From NCBI GenBank assembly GCA_951406725.2, contig OX597817.1, positions 108,934,001 through 108,998,000 on the forward strand: a stretch of DNA of 64,000 nt, given 5' to 3'. A program made the position numbers and the translations under genes. The notes below the pieces were generated by a model that saw nothing but the letters and a program-made list of their open reading frames with translations, searched no databases and was not told the DNA's origin. Numbering within the stretch: the stretch's first letter is position 1; each line of letters starts with the position of its first letter. Shown here one piece after another: positions 1 to 13,075 of the stretch. Origin of the DNA: Octopus vulgaris. Its lineage: Eukaryota.

Positions 1-398
1 TCTTTACATAGACGTACTTGTAGAGAAAATGTTTCTTTGCACTGGTAGATGGGGAAAGCTGTGAAAACTTGTAAGACTAATGCAAGAGGGACAAAAATTG
101 AGATAATTTACCTCCCGTGAGCTATATATGTATATAATGAGGGAGATAAATTGAATATTAATTTAATTAATATCAATAAAAAACCAGTAGCCTATCAAAT
201 AAAAATTCTGAAAAATCAGAGAAAATTTCAATACATGTGTATATTTAGGGCTAAAAAACTACTATATGGACAGCCATATACTAGAAGAAGATCACATACG
301 ATCTAACTACAAAGAAAGAATGTTCTCCAGAGAAAATTTAGCAAACACCAGAACATAGGCGGGCAAGACAGATGAAAATTATATAAAAATCAAGAATT

Positions 399-474
399 GA
401 TCGTATACCGGCTTCTTCTATTACCGAATAAATTAATTACGTAATCCTTCGTCCGTAGATTCATCAGTACGATC
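399..474 (-). ncRNA. Type-I hammerhead ribozyme motif with a core mutation (GAAA->GAAG)
   Basis: Minus strand reads gatcgta-CTGATGA-atcta...tagaa-GAAG-ccgg-TA-tacgatc: perfect 7-bp stem I, tcta/taga stem II, palindromic CCGG stem III, GUA triplet. Confidence 0.75.
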
Positions 475-1078
475 GTTCCAAAATCAACATAATTTGCAAA
501 ACTAAACACTAGTTTTCTATATAAAACTTGACACGTGCTTAGTTCTTCCGATTAGAATTCTCTAATTCATAGTGTAGCAAAGCAGGATAATAAATTGAAT
601 TTGTGCTATAACAAATAACATGCATCAGTGAGAGAAAGAAAAACCCACTTTACATAATCGGAAAAAAATTGCCTAATCTGCTGGTGTATCTGATATCCAG
701 CTAATTACCACATCTTCCAACAGGACCATTACTTTGACGTGGGCAGAAATACTGACGACACATTTTAAAATTTAGGGTGATATATTGATGTATTCCTATA
801 CGAGAGATATGCTATTAAATATATCACTGGAATATAGCTACAAATGTGGTGAATATTACAACAGAAATGGGGACACTTATCAATAAAGCATAAGGAACAT
901 ATCTTGATAAACTGGAGAATCGAACAAGAAAGAAAAGAAAAAGAAAGACAACTATTAATGGTAAGTGTTAAAACATATTACAAGAATAAAAAAATTCAGT
1001 GGATATATGTGTGCGTGTGTGCATATATTTATGTATATGCGTACATGCGTATTCGTGTAATGTATGTATTTATCTCTC

Positions 1079-1250
<172 letters not shown>

Positions 1251-2023
1251 CAGAGAGAAAGCGATAGGAATGTATATGTGTGTGTATAAATAATATGGAT
1301 GGCTTATCCGCAATTTTACAATATAGACGTCACTACAGTGACAAAGCCCATTAATATGTACCAGTATTGCTAGAAATAAGAGTCAGGACATCTCAATAGC
1401 CACGGAAAGCACTATCTTAATGATTGGCAAGGGAAGCAAGCTCTTTACAGCAGCGCACATAGCCAGCTAATCGATGATATCACGTTTTAATTGTTCTGCA
1501 TTTTAATGTTCATCAGTGGCCCTCACCGTGCCTTGGATTAAACTCAATTCGCCTTGTCAGTTTATAAGATTTCCGTTGAAATCACACGATGATTCATAAA
1601 CGGCAAAGGTGAAAATTTATATATCTATATTTACAAATTCATCATTCATCATCTGAATGTGTCCACCTTTTCCTTTCTTTCGTTTTGTATGTAAATATAT
1701 ACGCCCATATATTGTATTTGTTGTATTTGATGTAATTAATATATTTGATATAGTTGATGTGTCTAATTTACTTATCCCAATAATTGCGTCTATATATATA
1801 TATATATATTCACACACACACACACATATATATATATATGTACATATATATATGTATACGCACATATATATATATTCATATATATACATAATTGATATAT
1901 TTGTGTATATACATGTGTGTGTGTGTGTATGTGCGCACGCCGGTGAAGATGCGTTGGAAGTTTTCATAAAAATTCTCTCATAATGAATTGTGCATGAAAT
2001 CTTTTGAAATGTAGCTAAACCAA

Positions 2024-2133
2024 AAAACAACAACAACAACAATAATAATGATAATAATAATAATAATAATAATAACAACAACAACAACAACAATAATAAT
2101 AATAATAATAATAATAACAACAACAACAACAAC

Positions 2134-2165
<32 letters not shown>

Positions 2166-2181
2166 TAATATCAATAATAAT
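2024..2181. repeat. Compound (AAC)n/(AAT)n microsatellite
   Basis: Directly visible. Confidence 0.95.
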
Positions 2182-2531
2182 AGGCTGGTGAATGTTTCTT
2201 ATTGTATTAGGGATAATAGCATATTTCATGTATTGTGTTTGAAATATTAATCTTGTTCTAGATCTTTGCTCGTTTTTTGAAAAGATTTTTTGTTAATAAT
2301 TTGTATACACTGAACTTCATAACATTTTCAGTTGAAACCACCTACGCATGAAACGAAATTTTTTGGATACGTAAGTGCTGCAATGATGCAGCAAATGACG
2401 CTGCGAGCACCAATCAATTCTACTAAACAACAACTAGCTAAAACCATTCATCAAATGCCAGAAGGCTCGTATGTATCAATGCAAGTCTCACATCTCCAGA
2501 GATGTCATATTTTTCTTGACACCACCATTTT

Positions 2532-2761
2532 TTATGTCGGAGCCATTGCTAGGAGCCACTGACCGATCAGAAGGGACAAAGTGATGGTCGTGGTGGTGTC
2601 CTCCGCTCCTTTATTCATGGCAGAAACTCCTGTATAAAAATCACCGTCATGTGTACGCATACCAAATACCCGGTGAATATTATGGACATAGGATCGAAGT
2701 CTTCCATAGTATAGCTTGTAGCTTGCAGTATATGTGACGATTGCTATATCCGAAGCACCAT
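2532..2761 (-). CDS. Candidate terminal coding exon ending in a hydrophobic tail; product unknown
   Basis: Acceptor ...ttgatatttatgtttcag| then a phase-1 open frame GASDIAIVTYTASYKLYYGRLRSYVHNIHRVFGMRTHDGDFYTGVSAMNKGAEDTTTTITLSLLIGQWLLAMAPT* (TAA at 2532-2534). No repeat similarity or homology recognised. Confidence 0.35.
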
Positions 2762-2992
2762 CTGAAACATAAATATCAAGTCAAACATTCAAACAAAATT
2801 ACCATTTAAAAATCATGTGAAGAAATATCATGCTCAGGAACTTAAGGTTCCTTTCCGTAACATTTAAAAGTAACATTTAAAAAGTAAGGAAAAAAGAAGT
2901 TTCCCTCATTAATAAAATAAAGCCGTTGATAAAAAAAAAACAAAAAAATCATGAGACCACTTTCCCTTTTCTCCTCGCATTCAGCCCTTTAA

Positions 2993-3040
<48 letters not shown>

Positions 3041-3062
3041 AACTTTATATGTGTTTGTCTGT

Positions 3063-3322
3063 ATGTGTGTGTTAAATAAAATGAGACAACAAAGCCAAGG
3101 CTGTCTGGAATTTTCAGGAAATTTATAAAGAGAAAATTAGTCTTCCAGCTGTTTCTGAAATACTAGGGATATCCCTACATCGGAGACGGTATAAAATGAT
3201 TAAATAGATGGAAATAGTAGAGTTCAATAGAAATTGCTGTAGGACTAACTTTCTCTTTATAAATTTCCTGACAATTCCACATAGGCTTGGCTTTGTCGTC
3301 TCATTTTATTTAACATATACAT
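3063..3322. mobile_element. Inverted repeat (87-bp arms) with a degenerate hammerhead; Penelope pLTR-like
   Basis: 3063-3149 is the near reverse complement of 3236-3322. Minus strand 3140-3187 reads gtct-CCGATGT...GAAACagctg..agac. Confidence 0.7.
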
Positions 3323-3480
3323 GCTCATTCAAGACTCGTATTGGTCTTCTCACTCGTATTATTGTCGAACCGAGAGTATAACTACGTTCCTTCCATAGCA
3401 CTTACATAGCGTTAACTGCCACCTTAGGTTTTCGGCATACCAATACCTCTCACACCTGTGCTTATATAAATATATAAATT

Positions 3481-3830
3481 CAGTTAAAAGAATAAAAGAA
3501 AAGAGAGATAACGAAGTTAACGTTTATCATAAACAAATTAGTTATCTTCGCTTATTACAGTCCAATAATTTAATTACAAATTTGTACATTAAATTTGCAT
3601 TTATGTGACATGAGCATAATTTCTAGGTTCACATATAACATCACAAGTTAGATCTTTTTTCTCTATGATGAAATTATTCTCATGTCACATAAATGCAAAT
3701 TTCGTGCAGAAATTTAAAATTAAATTATTGAGTATTAATTGAAACGGCTGTAATAAGCGAAGATGACCATTTTTTTAATAATAAATAATTTTTAACTTCC
3801 TTATCTTTATTTTATTTCTTCTCTTAACTG
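3481..3830. mobile_element. Second long imperfect inverted repeat with a degenerate hammerhead
   Basis: Arms 3481-3623 and 3670-3830. The plus strand reads ATGATGA (3665-3671)-aattattctca...tgagtattaatt-GAAAC-ggct-GTA. Confidence 0.65.
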
Positions 3831-4008
3831 GATATAAACTATATGCTTAATATATACCTATTGATTTAAGGGAATATCATTCACCAACAATACTAGGTAG
3901 TGAGCCAATATATCCTAGGATGCAACGATGAAACCGTCCCTTCACGAGGTTAGCATATCCTCTAATTAAATATGTGTGTGCGTGTCTGTGTGTGAGTGGT
4001 TATATAAA

Positions 4009-4042
<34 letters not shown>

Positions 4043-4092
4043 TAGATAGATATGTACATATATGTGAGTGTTTGTGCGTGTGTATGTGTATG

Positions 4093-4490
4093 TTTTTTTT
4101 TTGTTTCAGTCATTTGACTGCGGCCATGCTGGAGCACCGCCTTTTAGTCGAGCAAATCGACCCCGGGACTTATTCTTTGTAAGCCTAGTACTTATTCTAT
4201 CGGTCTCTTTTGCCGAACCGCTAAGTGACGGGGACGTAAACACACTAGCATCGGTTGTCAAGCAATACTAGGGGGACAAACACAGACACACAAACACACA
4301 CACATATACATATATATACATATATACGACAGGCTTCTTTCAGTTTCCGTCTACCAAATCCACTCACAAGGCATTGGTCGGCCCGAGGCTATAGCAGAAG
4401 ACACTTCCCCAAGATGCCACGCAGTGGGACTGAACCCGGAACCATGTGGTTGGTTAGCAATCTACTTACCACACAGCCACTCCTGCGCCT
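4093..4490 (-). mobile_element. tRNA-derived SINE, family A (octopus-type), full length
   Basis: Minus-strand head GGCGCAGGAGTGGCTGTGTGGTAAG...GGGTTCAGTCCC with A/B-box-like motifs; highly similar to copies at 6005, 21973 and 56310. Confidence 0.9.
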
Positions 4491-5185
4491 GTGTATTAAG
4501 ACATGAATTCATATATTTATAAATTCATATATTTATCACGTGCGTATCAGCCTCCCACGCTAATTTTGAAATCAGAACTTCTATTTTCCAATGACGAGAA
4601 TTAGGATAGAAAAAAACGGTCACATCAAATAGATTGGTGGCTTAAACACTAAACCTGTTCATGAAAAATGTTTGCTTCTACTCTTTGCAATTTGAGATGG
4701 GATCCAACCATATCCTTCTTGGGTACTTGATGTAATCCACCACACCAATCTGAAAACCAACACCGGGCACATTCTTTTCTTTCTGCGGTGTCCACTCTGT
4801 TTTAAGCTTTCGGGCCCGATGTCTAGTTAGAATGCCGTATTTGCTGGAATATAAGATGCGCCTTTTTATTCTCAAATGTACCAGAAAATTTGTTTTGCTT
4901 CTAATGCGGCCATATTACAGATGGAAGATCGAGTGTTGCAGGTTAGGTAGTTAAATGAGCGTATGTTTTCCAAGTGCAATGTTTGTTAAAACTAATGAAA
5001 TATAGAAGACAAGCGAAATTCTCAAATACGTCGACAGTTTTTCTGGACATACATAACCCACATCTATTGTGATTTAGATTATTTAATAACTGAGCTTTGT
5101 TTGAAAAAGAAGCTGTTCTTAATTAACTAAATGTAAGTTCTCCTACAAAGATGAAAGAAATGTTAAACTTTTTTCCGTCTATTAG

Positions 5186-5320
5186 TCATTCGCAACATGA
5201 TGTCAACAAAACTGTGTGCACCACCTTAGTAACGCAATACCACAGAAGAAATAGGAATTTTACATCTTTTATGGCAAGTGTCGTGGATATAAGCAACGGT
5301 ACATTTGAACTCAAAGGAGG
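5186..5320 (+). CDS. Candidate 135-nt symmetric internal exon; product unknown
   Basis: ttttttccgtctattag| ... ggagg|gtaagt; open in phase 2: HSQHDVNKTVCTTLVTQYHRRNRNFTSFMASVVDISNGTFELKG. Confidence 0.25.
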
Positions 5321-5970
5321 GTAAGTTGAAATACGGTACTCACATAACGTAGTTTTCCTATAATAATATAATGATATACAATAAACTGCCACATCACAGG
5401 CGCAGACTCATACATTTCGCCCTGCAAAACCAATTTCAAATGTCCATCAATATTTGTGTGATGGAACATTAAATTCGTTTTGGCTTGGTCTCCTGTTTTT
5501 CTCTGAATATATTTGTAAAATATGGATAAATCATATGGTTAGTACGCCTAATTCGCCAGCGAATTCGATATAATCCGTCTTCATCAACGAGACATGGAAT
5601 CCCTTTAAGAGATATAAGCATACATCCCACTCCTCAATAAAAATAACCAACATTTGCTAGACATGTAAAGCTATACATTTCATACGTACATACGTACATA
5701 CATGCATTGATATGCTGTCATGATTGTGCAAACTTATTCTGATAGCTATAAAAATGATTTTATTGGATCGAAATCTGATGACTTGTATTACTATATACGA
5801 TGTTACGAAAATAATGTATTACTGCTGTCGCGAGGTAAAATGATTGTTTTCCAATAATATATGCTATTAAATTACATTTTCATTTCATTGGGTGGACACT
5901 GAGTCATATAAATATATCACACAGTGTCAAATCACGGGTATATACACATACATGCATGCATACATACATA

Positions 5971-6004
<34 letters not shown>

Positions 6005-6008
<4 letters not shown>

Positions 6009-6391
6009 TGAGTGGTAAGAAGCTTGCTTAAGAACCACATGGCTCTGCGTTTAGTCCCCCAACCTGGCACCTTGGACAAGTGTCTTCTACTATAGCCACG
6101 AGCCGACCAAAGCCTTGTGAGTGGATTTGGTACACGGAAACTGAAAGAAGCTCGTCGTATATACGTATAAATATGTGTATGTGTGTGTTAATGTGTCTGT
6201 GTTTGTACCCCAATATCGCTTGACAACCGATGGTGGTGTGTTTACGTCCCTGTAACTACCGGTTCGGCAAAAGAGACCGATAGAATAAGTACAAGGCGTA
6301 CAAAGAATAAGTCCTGGGGTCGATTTGCACGAGTACAGGCGGTGCTCCAGCATGGCCATAGTCACATGACTTAAACAAGTAAAAAATAAAA

Positions 6392-6396
<5 letters not shown>
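6005..6396 (+). mobile_element. SINE family A copy
   Basis: Same head, body and tail as 4093-4490; flanked by (TA)n. Confidence 0.9.
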
Positions 6397-6428
<32 letters not shown>

Positions 6429-7016
6429 CATGTATTTGTATATGTATACATATTTTCATATGTGTGCGTATACACATGTGGGTTTTACACGAAGTGAATT
6501 AATAAATGTTCATAACCTTTTTCACCTGGTTGTGGTTAATTTGGTTCATGCGTTTTCGTGTTAATCTCAATGAATTGAAATTTACATTTGTTTATACTAG
6601 ATTTGTAGATAGTCATGAGTGTCAAGTCCTGCAAAGTTCATTACGAACGTCTAGCAAATAAAGTCAAATTCATGTATTGAGCATACCGCCTTTCGTTATG
6701 TGAGTGTGTGTGTGCGTGTGCGTGTGTGTATGTGTGTGTGTATAAAATGTAGGAACATGTGCACAGATCTGGTATGAATCCTTAAATAGATGAATATTTG
6801 TATACGATTGATGTGCTTGTTGAAATCTAGTTTATGGGGTTTTATTGAATATATGCATGCGTGTGTGTGCGTGTTTCTGTGTGTGTAATATGACTACATT
6901 ATGTATAGTTGGCGTATGTAGGTTTTCTGCTTAGCCTTTGGGACTTATTTCTTGCGTTGATCTCACTGTATTGAGCCTTCTGTAAGGCTACAAGAATCGA
7001 CCAAAAATGGCATTAA

Positions 7017-7698
<682 letters not shown>

Positions 7699-7710
7699 AT
7701 AATAATGATG

Positions 7711-7779
<69 letters not shown>

Positions 7780-7797
7780 GTAATAACAATAATAATG

Positions 7798-7871
<74 letters not shown>
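7699..7871. repeat. (AAT)n microsatellite
   Basis: Directly visible. Confidence 0.95.
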
Positions 7872-7875
<4 letters not shown>

Positions 7876-8337
7876 GATGGGCTACAGCAAATATTCTGCT
7901 CAATACCACAGATTTGCTTGTCAGTTGTTTGACCTTAACCAGTTGAGCATGTCCCTTAGTGGCTGACGATATTTGCATCTCTGATCACGAGCAGAAGTAG
8001 TGGGGGAGCATCATAGCCATGTGTTGAGAGGGATTCTTTGGGGTTTGAATAATTCACCTCTGGAAACATGGGTGTTTCGTTCAACGTCCTTAAACAACCC
8101 TTATTCAGGGACCTTTTGAGCGGGATGGGTTACTCGATCTGAAGAAAATTCTAACTGGGCTCCACCTGCAAGGTCATGTGCTGTTTATCTTGATATGAGA
8201 TCACCATGTCGCGCACATATGGTTGTGATGCATGTGCCTGGTGTACCCTTATCAGACGGGTAGTCATGATGGGTATACTGGGCTTCGTATATTTTACCCC
8301 AGTGTCACTTTGATGGCATGCTCTGCTCGCTCACTCA
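7872..8337 (+). mobile_element. Same element, 5'-truncated copy 2
   Basis: Starts at aaaagatgggctacagc (about 7233 in copy 1) and ends ...ctcactc-aataataat. Confidence 0.75.
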
Positions 8338-8985
8338 ATAATAATAATAGAAAGCTTTTCGACACTCGTTCCATTGGTCATATAGCCAACTAATTTAATT
8401 TAAGTATAAAATATGGTTTAAAACAGATCTTATCGTGTTCCCAAAGGAAAAACATTTTCTTCATTATCAATTTCGTTTACTACATAAATAAGCGAAGTGT
8501 ATAAAATGTTCAGCAAGTTATTAAGTACTGTAGAGAAGAATTATAAACTACAAATTATAATTTATATTTTACATGACTACAAATATTGATGATATGTAAC
8601 ACTTCATATCAATAACAAAGATTACAGAAGATTAAAATCTGTCAAGTCACATGGTTAAAAGCTATAGTAATCTTTGACTCCAATTATACATTTCAATTAC
8701 TAATAAATCAATGGTGACAAGTTATCAATAATTAAGAAATCTTTTTACTCTTATTTATTACGTTCAACAAAATCTATGTCTCTGATTGGTCGGTACAGTA
8801 GGTGCAGTTTATAACTTAAGTGTTACAATTTTAGCTAGGTTAACGGATATGTGAGAACATAGTGAATGATTTTTGTTTCTTTGTTTTTCTTTAAATCAAT
8901 TAATCACATTATGAAGAATGAAACAAGCTGTATAAATATAATATTTTGGTCCGACCAGTTATGAGTTTATTAAAGTGCATAAATT

Positions 8986-9089
8986 TCTTCTTCTTCTTCT
9001 TCTTCTTCTTCTTCTTCTTCTTCTTCTTCTTCTTCTTCTTCTTCTTCTTCTTCTTTTTTTTTTTCTTCTTCTTCTTTTCTTCTTCTTCT

Positions 9090-9135
<46 letters not shown>

Positions 9136-9222
9136 GCTACTACTACTACTGCTACTACTACTACTACTACTACTGTTATTGATATTGTTGTTATTATTAT
9201 TATTATTATTGTTGTTGTTGTT
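8986..9222. repeat. Compound (CTT)n-(CTA)n-(TTA/TTG)n microsatellite
   Basis: Directly visible. Confidence 0.95.
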
Positions 9223-9224
9223 AT

Positions 9225-11230
9225 TTATTGTCTTTGCACAGCTTCTAACATCGGAGATGTACTACGGTGCTAGCTGTTCATTACCAGTGAACTAAGGTAT
9301 CATCCCATATTTTTCGAGCACAGTCTGAAGTATTCGAGCGGGTACTCCCTTATTACAGCCCCTATGTGTTCCATGTAATTCTCAAGCTTTTCACTCACTG
9401 TTCCAAGGGCTCCAACAATTACTGGTACGACTACTACCGTTTTCATCGACCACAACAGCTTAACATCCCAAGCTAACCTGTCATATTTATCGACTTTTTT
9501 CTTCCTTATCGCATACCTTGTTGTCTGCTGGGCATGCTATATCTTTGATCCAGCATTGTTTGTTTTCTTTCTCAACACTATGTCTCGTTTCTTATTCTCT
9601 ATCTCATGGTCGCACTGGATCATAAAATCCCATAGGATCTTTGCATTATCCTTTTCGATGATGCCTTCGGGTTTATGTTCATACCATATTTTTTACTATC
9701 TCATGTTCATACTTGTTGCAAAGTACCCCACAGACAATTCTTGCTATATTGTCATGACTCCCTTTATATTCTTTCTGGGCTAGTGGCGTACATTGGCTGG
9801 TTATATGCCATACGATTCCACCATTTTGTCACTTTCTACAAATTCTGCACTTATCACTTTCTGATGTGTTGTCTATTCTATATTTATTGTAATTCGTTCT
9901 TAATGCTTGCTCTTGGGCAGCACGGATTAGAGCCTCCGTTTCTGGTTTTAAATCACTTTTAGTCATTCATAGCCATTTTTTTCTCTATCTATCTTATCTT
10001 TAACATCCCTGTAAAATTGTCCATACATTCTTTTCTTTATATACCTATTTTCAGTTTCATTCTCAAGTGCCTGTAAAGTGCTTTATCTTTGCAATTTTCC
10101 ATCCTACACAAGCCTGGCCTTGTTATGTCCAATAACAGTGGTTTTGTGGCATTTTTACATACAATACTATGTTGTTTTCTTCTGCTCAAATTACTGCATT
10201 TGCATCCAATTAGTCCTCTTCTCCCTCTTTTTCTTGGTACATACACTCTGTCTGTGTCACGTTTTGGGTGGAGTATCCCATACATAGTCAGCAACTTCCT
10301 TGTCTTTCTGTCTAAGCTGTGTAGTTCGTCTACTGACCATGCGATTACCCTGCTCAATATCTAAGTAATAAAACCGTCCAGGTGTTGATATCTTCAATCT
10401 TATTCCGTACGTTTAATTTAGACTACGTTTAATTTCGTCTCAGTCCGCGCAAGTAGTCCACCTGAATTTTTTCTGTCATTTCTTTCTCCATCAATTTTTC
10501 CATTTCCAATATCCCCAGGTATCTATAGATCGTCTCTTCTTTCTGCTTCATAACCTCACCCGACGGTATCGCTACCCCGTCCATACATTTGATTTGGCCT
10601 CTCTACAAGACTAACACACCACACTTGTTCAGTCCGAACTCCATTCTGATATCAACACTGAAATTATACACCGCATCAACTTTACCATAAAGTTTAAGTT
10701 CTTTAATGAATAATAAGTGGTTGACTTTTTGTTGGCCGCTCTTGAATGCATACCCAGCATTTGCTTTCCTCAGAATCAGTGTTAGTGGTATCATGGAGAG
10801 TACAAAGATCTGTGGGGACAGGCTATTCCCTTGGAAGATGCCTCTCCTGATTTCTATTGTCCCTAAACTTCTTCCATATGCTGTCAGTTCCGTCTTCCCC
10901 TTCGCTATACTTTTCCCAAGCAATCGCTCAACATTCAATGCAATACCAAATAGGTTCATACATTCGATAATCCAAGAATGCGGGATCATGTATGCCTCAC
11001 GATATTCCATCCATGACAAGGCTATGCTAGTTTTACCCTCTTGCAGTCCCTAAGTACAGTTTTGTCTACCAGCAATTGACCCTTGGTACCTCTGCACTTA
11101 CGTTTGCAACCCTTCTGCTCATATGGCAGGACTCCATTTTTTCCAGATGTCCGTACATTGCTTCTGCGACTATTCCAGTCCATAATTTCCGCATAAGTGG
11201 CAAGCAGGATATCGGCCTGTAATTGTCTAG
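9225..11230 (-). mobile_element. Decayed R4/Dong-clade non-LTR retrotransposon (RT and restriction-like endonuclease), 5'-truncated
   Basis: Frameshifted pieces [56 protein letters not shown]; RLE region ILWDFMIQCD...KVDKY...VVPVIVGALGTV. The 3' end abuts a TAA/CAA tract. Confidence 0.85.
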
Positions 11231-11299
11231 CATATTTGGGTCGGGTATGACCTGTTCCAATGCTAAAAGGTTAAATATGCGATAACTGTTTACAGTGCA

Positions 11300-11790
11300 G
11301 GTACAAAATCAACATAAAGGGAGAGGATGAGTCTTAACTGCCATTTTAGTTTATCACCCCTTTTTCCAGATGGATGGAAGACACAGGTGAATCAAACAGA
11401 ATTTGAATTCAGGATGTAAAGACCCCGAAAAACACCACAACCGTTTTCTTTAGCATTGGAAATTTTCTATCAGCTCACCGAATTTAATATTGATATCGAA
11501 TTTTTACATAATGCCAGCAATATCGAGAAAGAGTTAAATCGATTAGATCGATTCCAGTTTTCAGCTGGTACTTATTTAATCGATCCAGAAGTGATGAAAG
11601 GCAAAGTCAATTTAGGCAGAATTTGCACAGCATTTAATAATGATTTCAAATTGAGAAACAAGGCTACCAATTTTTATGGAAATGATTCGTCGATTATATC
11701 GACCTTACTGTCATCTGGTACTCTCCTTTATAGATACGAGAGGGATTAAAGACAAAGTCCATCTCAGTAGTATATTGAATCTGGCGGTTT
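11300..11790 (-). mobile_element. Cluster of degenerate SINE family B fragments
   Basis: Repeated ctggtactt(a)...atcga...tgaaaggcaaagtc motifs. Confidence 0.55.
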
Positions 11791-12719
11791 GAATATACAG
11801 TATAAATAGCATGAACTGGATATTTAAACCATATTGTAGACACTTCAAAGAACTTTATAACCTGCTATAAACTCAACAATTATCTATGAAATAATGTACA
11901 ATTTCAGAGTTTATTTACATTTGTCTTACTCCAGAAGGCATACATTACTTGTTTGAATAGAATTAACAAGACTAATAGTTTCCTATGATTTACAGAAATT
12001 TGATAATTTAATCATAATATCGATGAATATCAATAATATTTGCAAATTATTATAGCATAGAAAGAGGTGCAACTGTTGGGAATGTTTTCAAGTAGTGATA
12101 TTCTACACAATATTGAAATTAGTAACTAGGTCAAGAATTTTCATTAATGATATAACTAGTGAAGAGAAACAATCACGTAATGTTCATACTATTGTGGAAC
12201 TATTCCAGAATTTAGTCTCGTTAGAAATGTGAAATAACGAAACAATAAAGAATAGACAAACAAAATCTATTTCACTATTTCCTTTGAAGACGCAGAAATA
12301 CTGATTATTCTGTCACAAAGAAAGATTGTAGTTTTAGTGAAAAAAGTTTACAACAAAAAGCTCACTGCTGCAATTCAATCACAATGAATCTATAAAATGA
12401 GCAGAAATTATATACCATTACAATAAGAAATTATGTAGGGACAGTTTGACTACCGTGAAGATCAATGAGTTCATAACATTGATAAAAGCTCAAACTGATT
12501 CCGTCATAATTTGGCAAACCCCTCCTTTTTCGGTTGCTTTTTTAAAGCTTTGGGTCCTTCCTTCAATCGTCAATGTTTTCAATGTTCTAAGATCATCCGC
12601 AGTATTGCAGGGTGTAGACTGAGTGCAATTAGTCTGCAATTTCTAAATGTCGAAATCATTTGTATCACGTTGAGTAAAAAGTAAGCAACGTTTTGAACCG
12701 TGAATAATTTGTACCGGAT

Positions 12720-13075
12720 TTTTGCAGAGTTTTGAAATTTTCTTAAACATTTTTTGAAATTGTCTGGTAATACAGACACAGATTTGCCGAAATGCATCAA
12801 TTATATAACATCGATATTTATTTCACCATTGTTGCAATCATCTGAAATGAAACTGTCAAAGCATGATATTCGAGCAATTTTAATATTCAATTTCAAAAAA
12901 GGACGTAAAGCAGTTGAACCTGCTCGCGATAACAACGAAGCGTTTGGTGAGGAAATTACCAGTGAGTAGTCTGTTCGAAAATGGCTACAAAGTTCTTCCC
13001 CACCCAGATTATTTTCCAGACCTTTCTCCTAACGACTACCACTTTTTCAAGCACTTTGAGGGTTTCCTGTGAGAG
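12720..13075 (+). mobile_element. Internally deleted mariner remnant
   Basis: N-terminal HTH-like MKLSKHDIRAILIFNFKKGRKAVEPARD..EAFGEE joined directly to HPDYFPDLSPNDYHFFK, a HPPYSPDLAPSDY-type motif. Confidence 0.8.

Noticed and set aside
745-800. CTGACGA-cac...gtg possible hammerhead
   Set aside because: No GAAA follows stem II.
1470-1525. CTGATGA on the minus strand
   Set aside because: Followed by AAAAC with no stem I complementarity.
2332-2370. 39-nt plus-strand micro-exon (ttttcag...gtaagt)
   Set aside because: Short, phase-incompatible with the 5186 candidate, and could arise by chance.
4678-4875. 65-aa minus-strand ORF
   Set aside because: No homology recognised; at most a faint LINE C-terminal relic.
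8752-8985. Imperfect inverted repeat around gattggtcgg/ccgaccag; a similar weak IR lies at 34086-34396
   Set aside because: Too degenerate to classify; possibly old MITEs.
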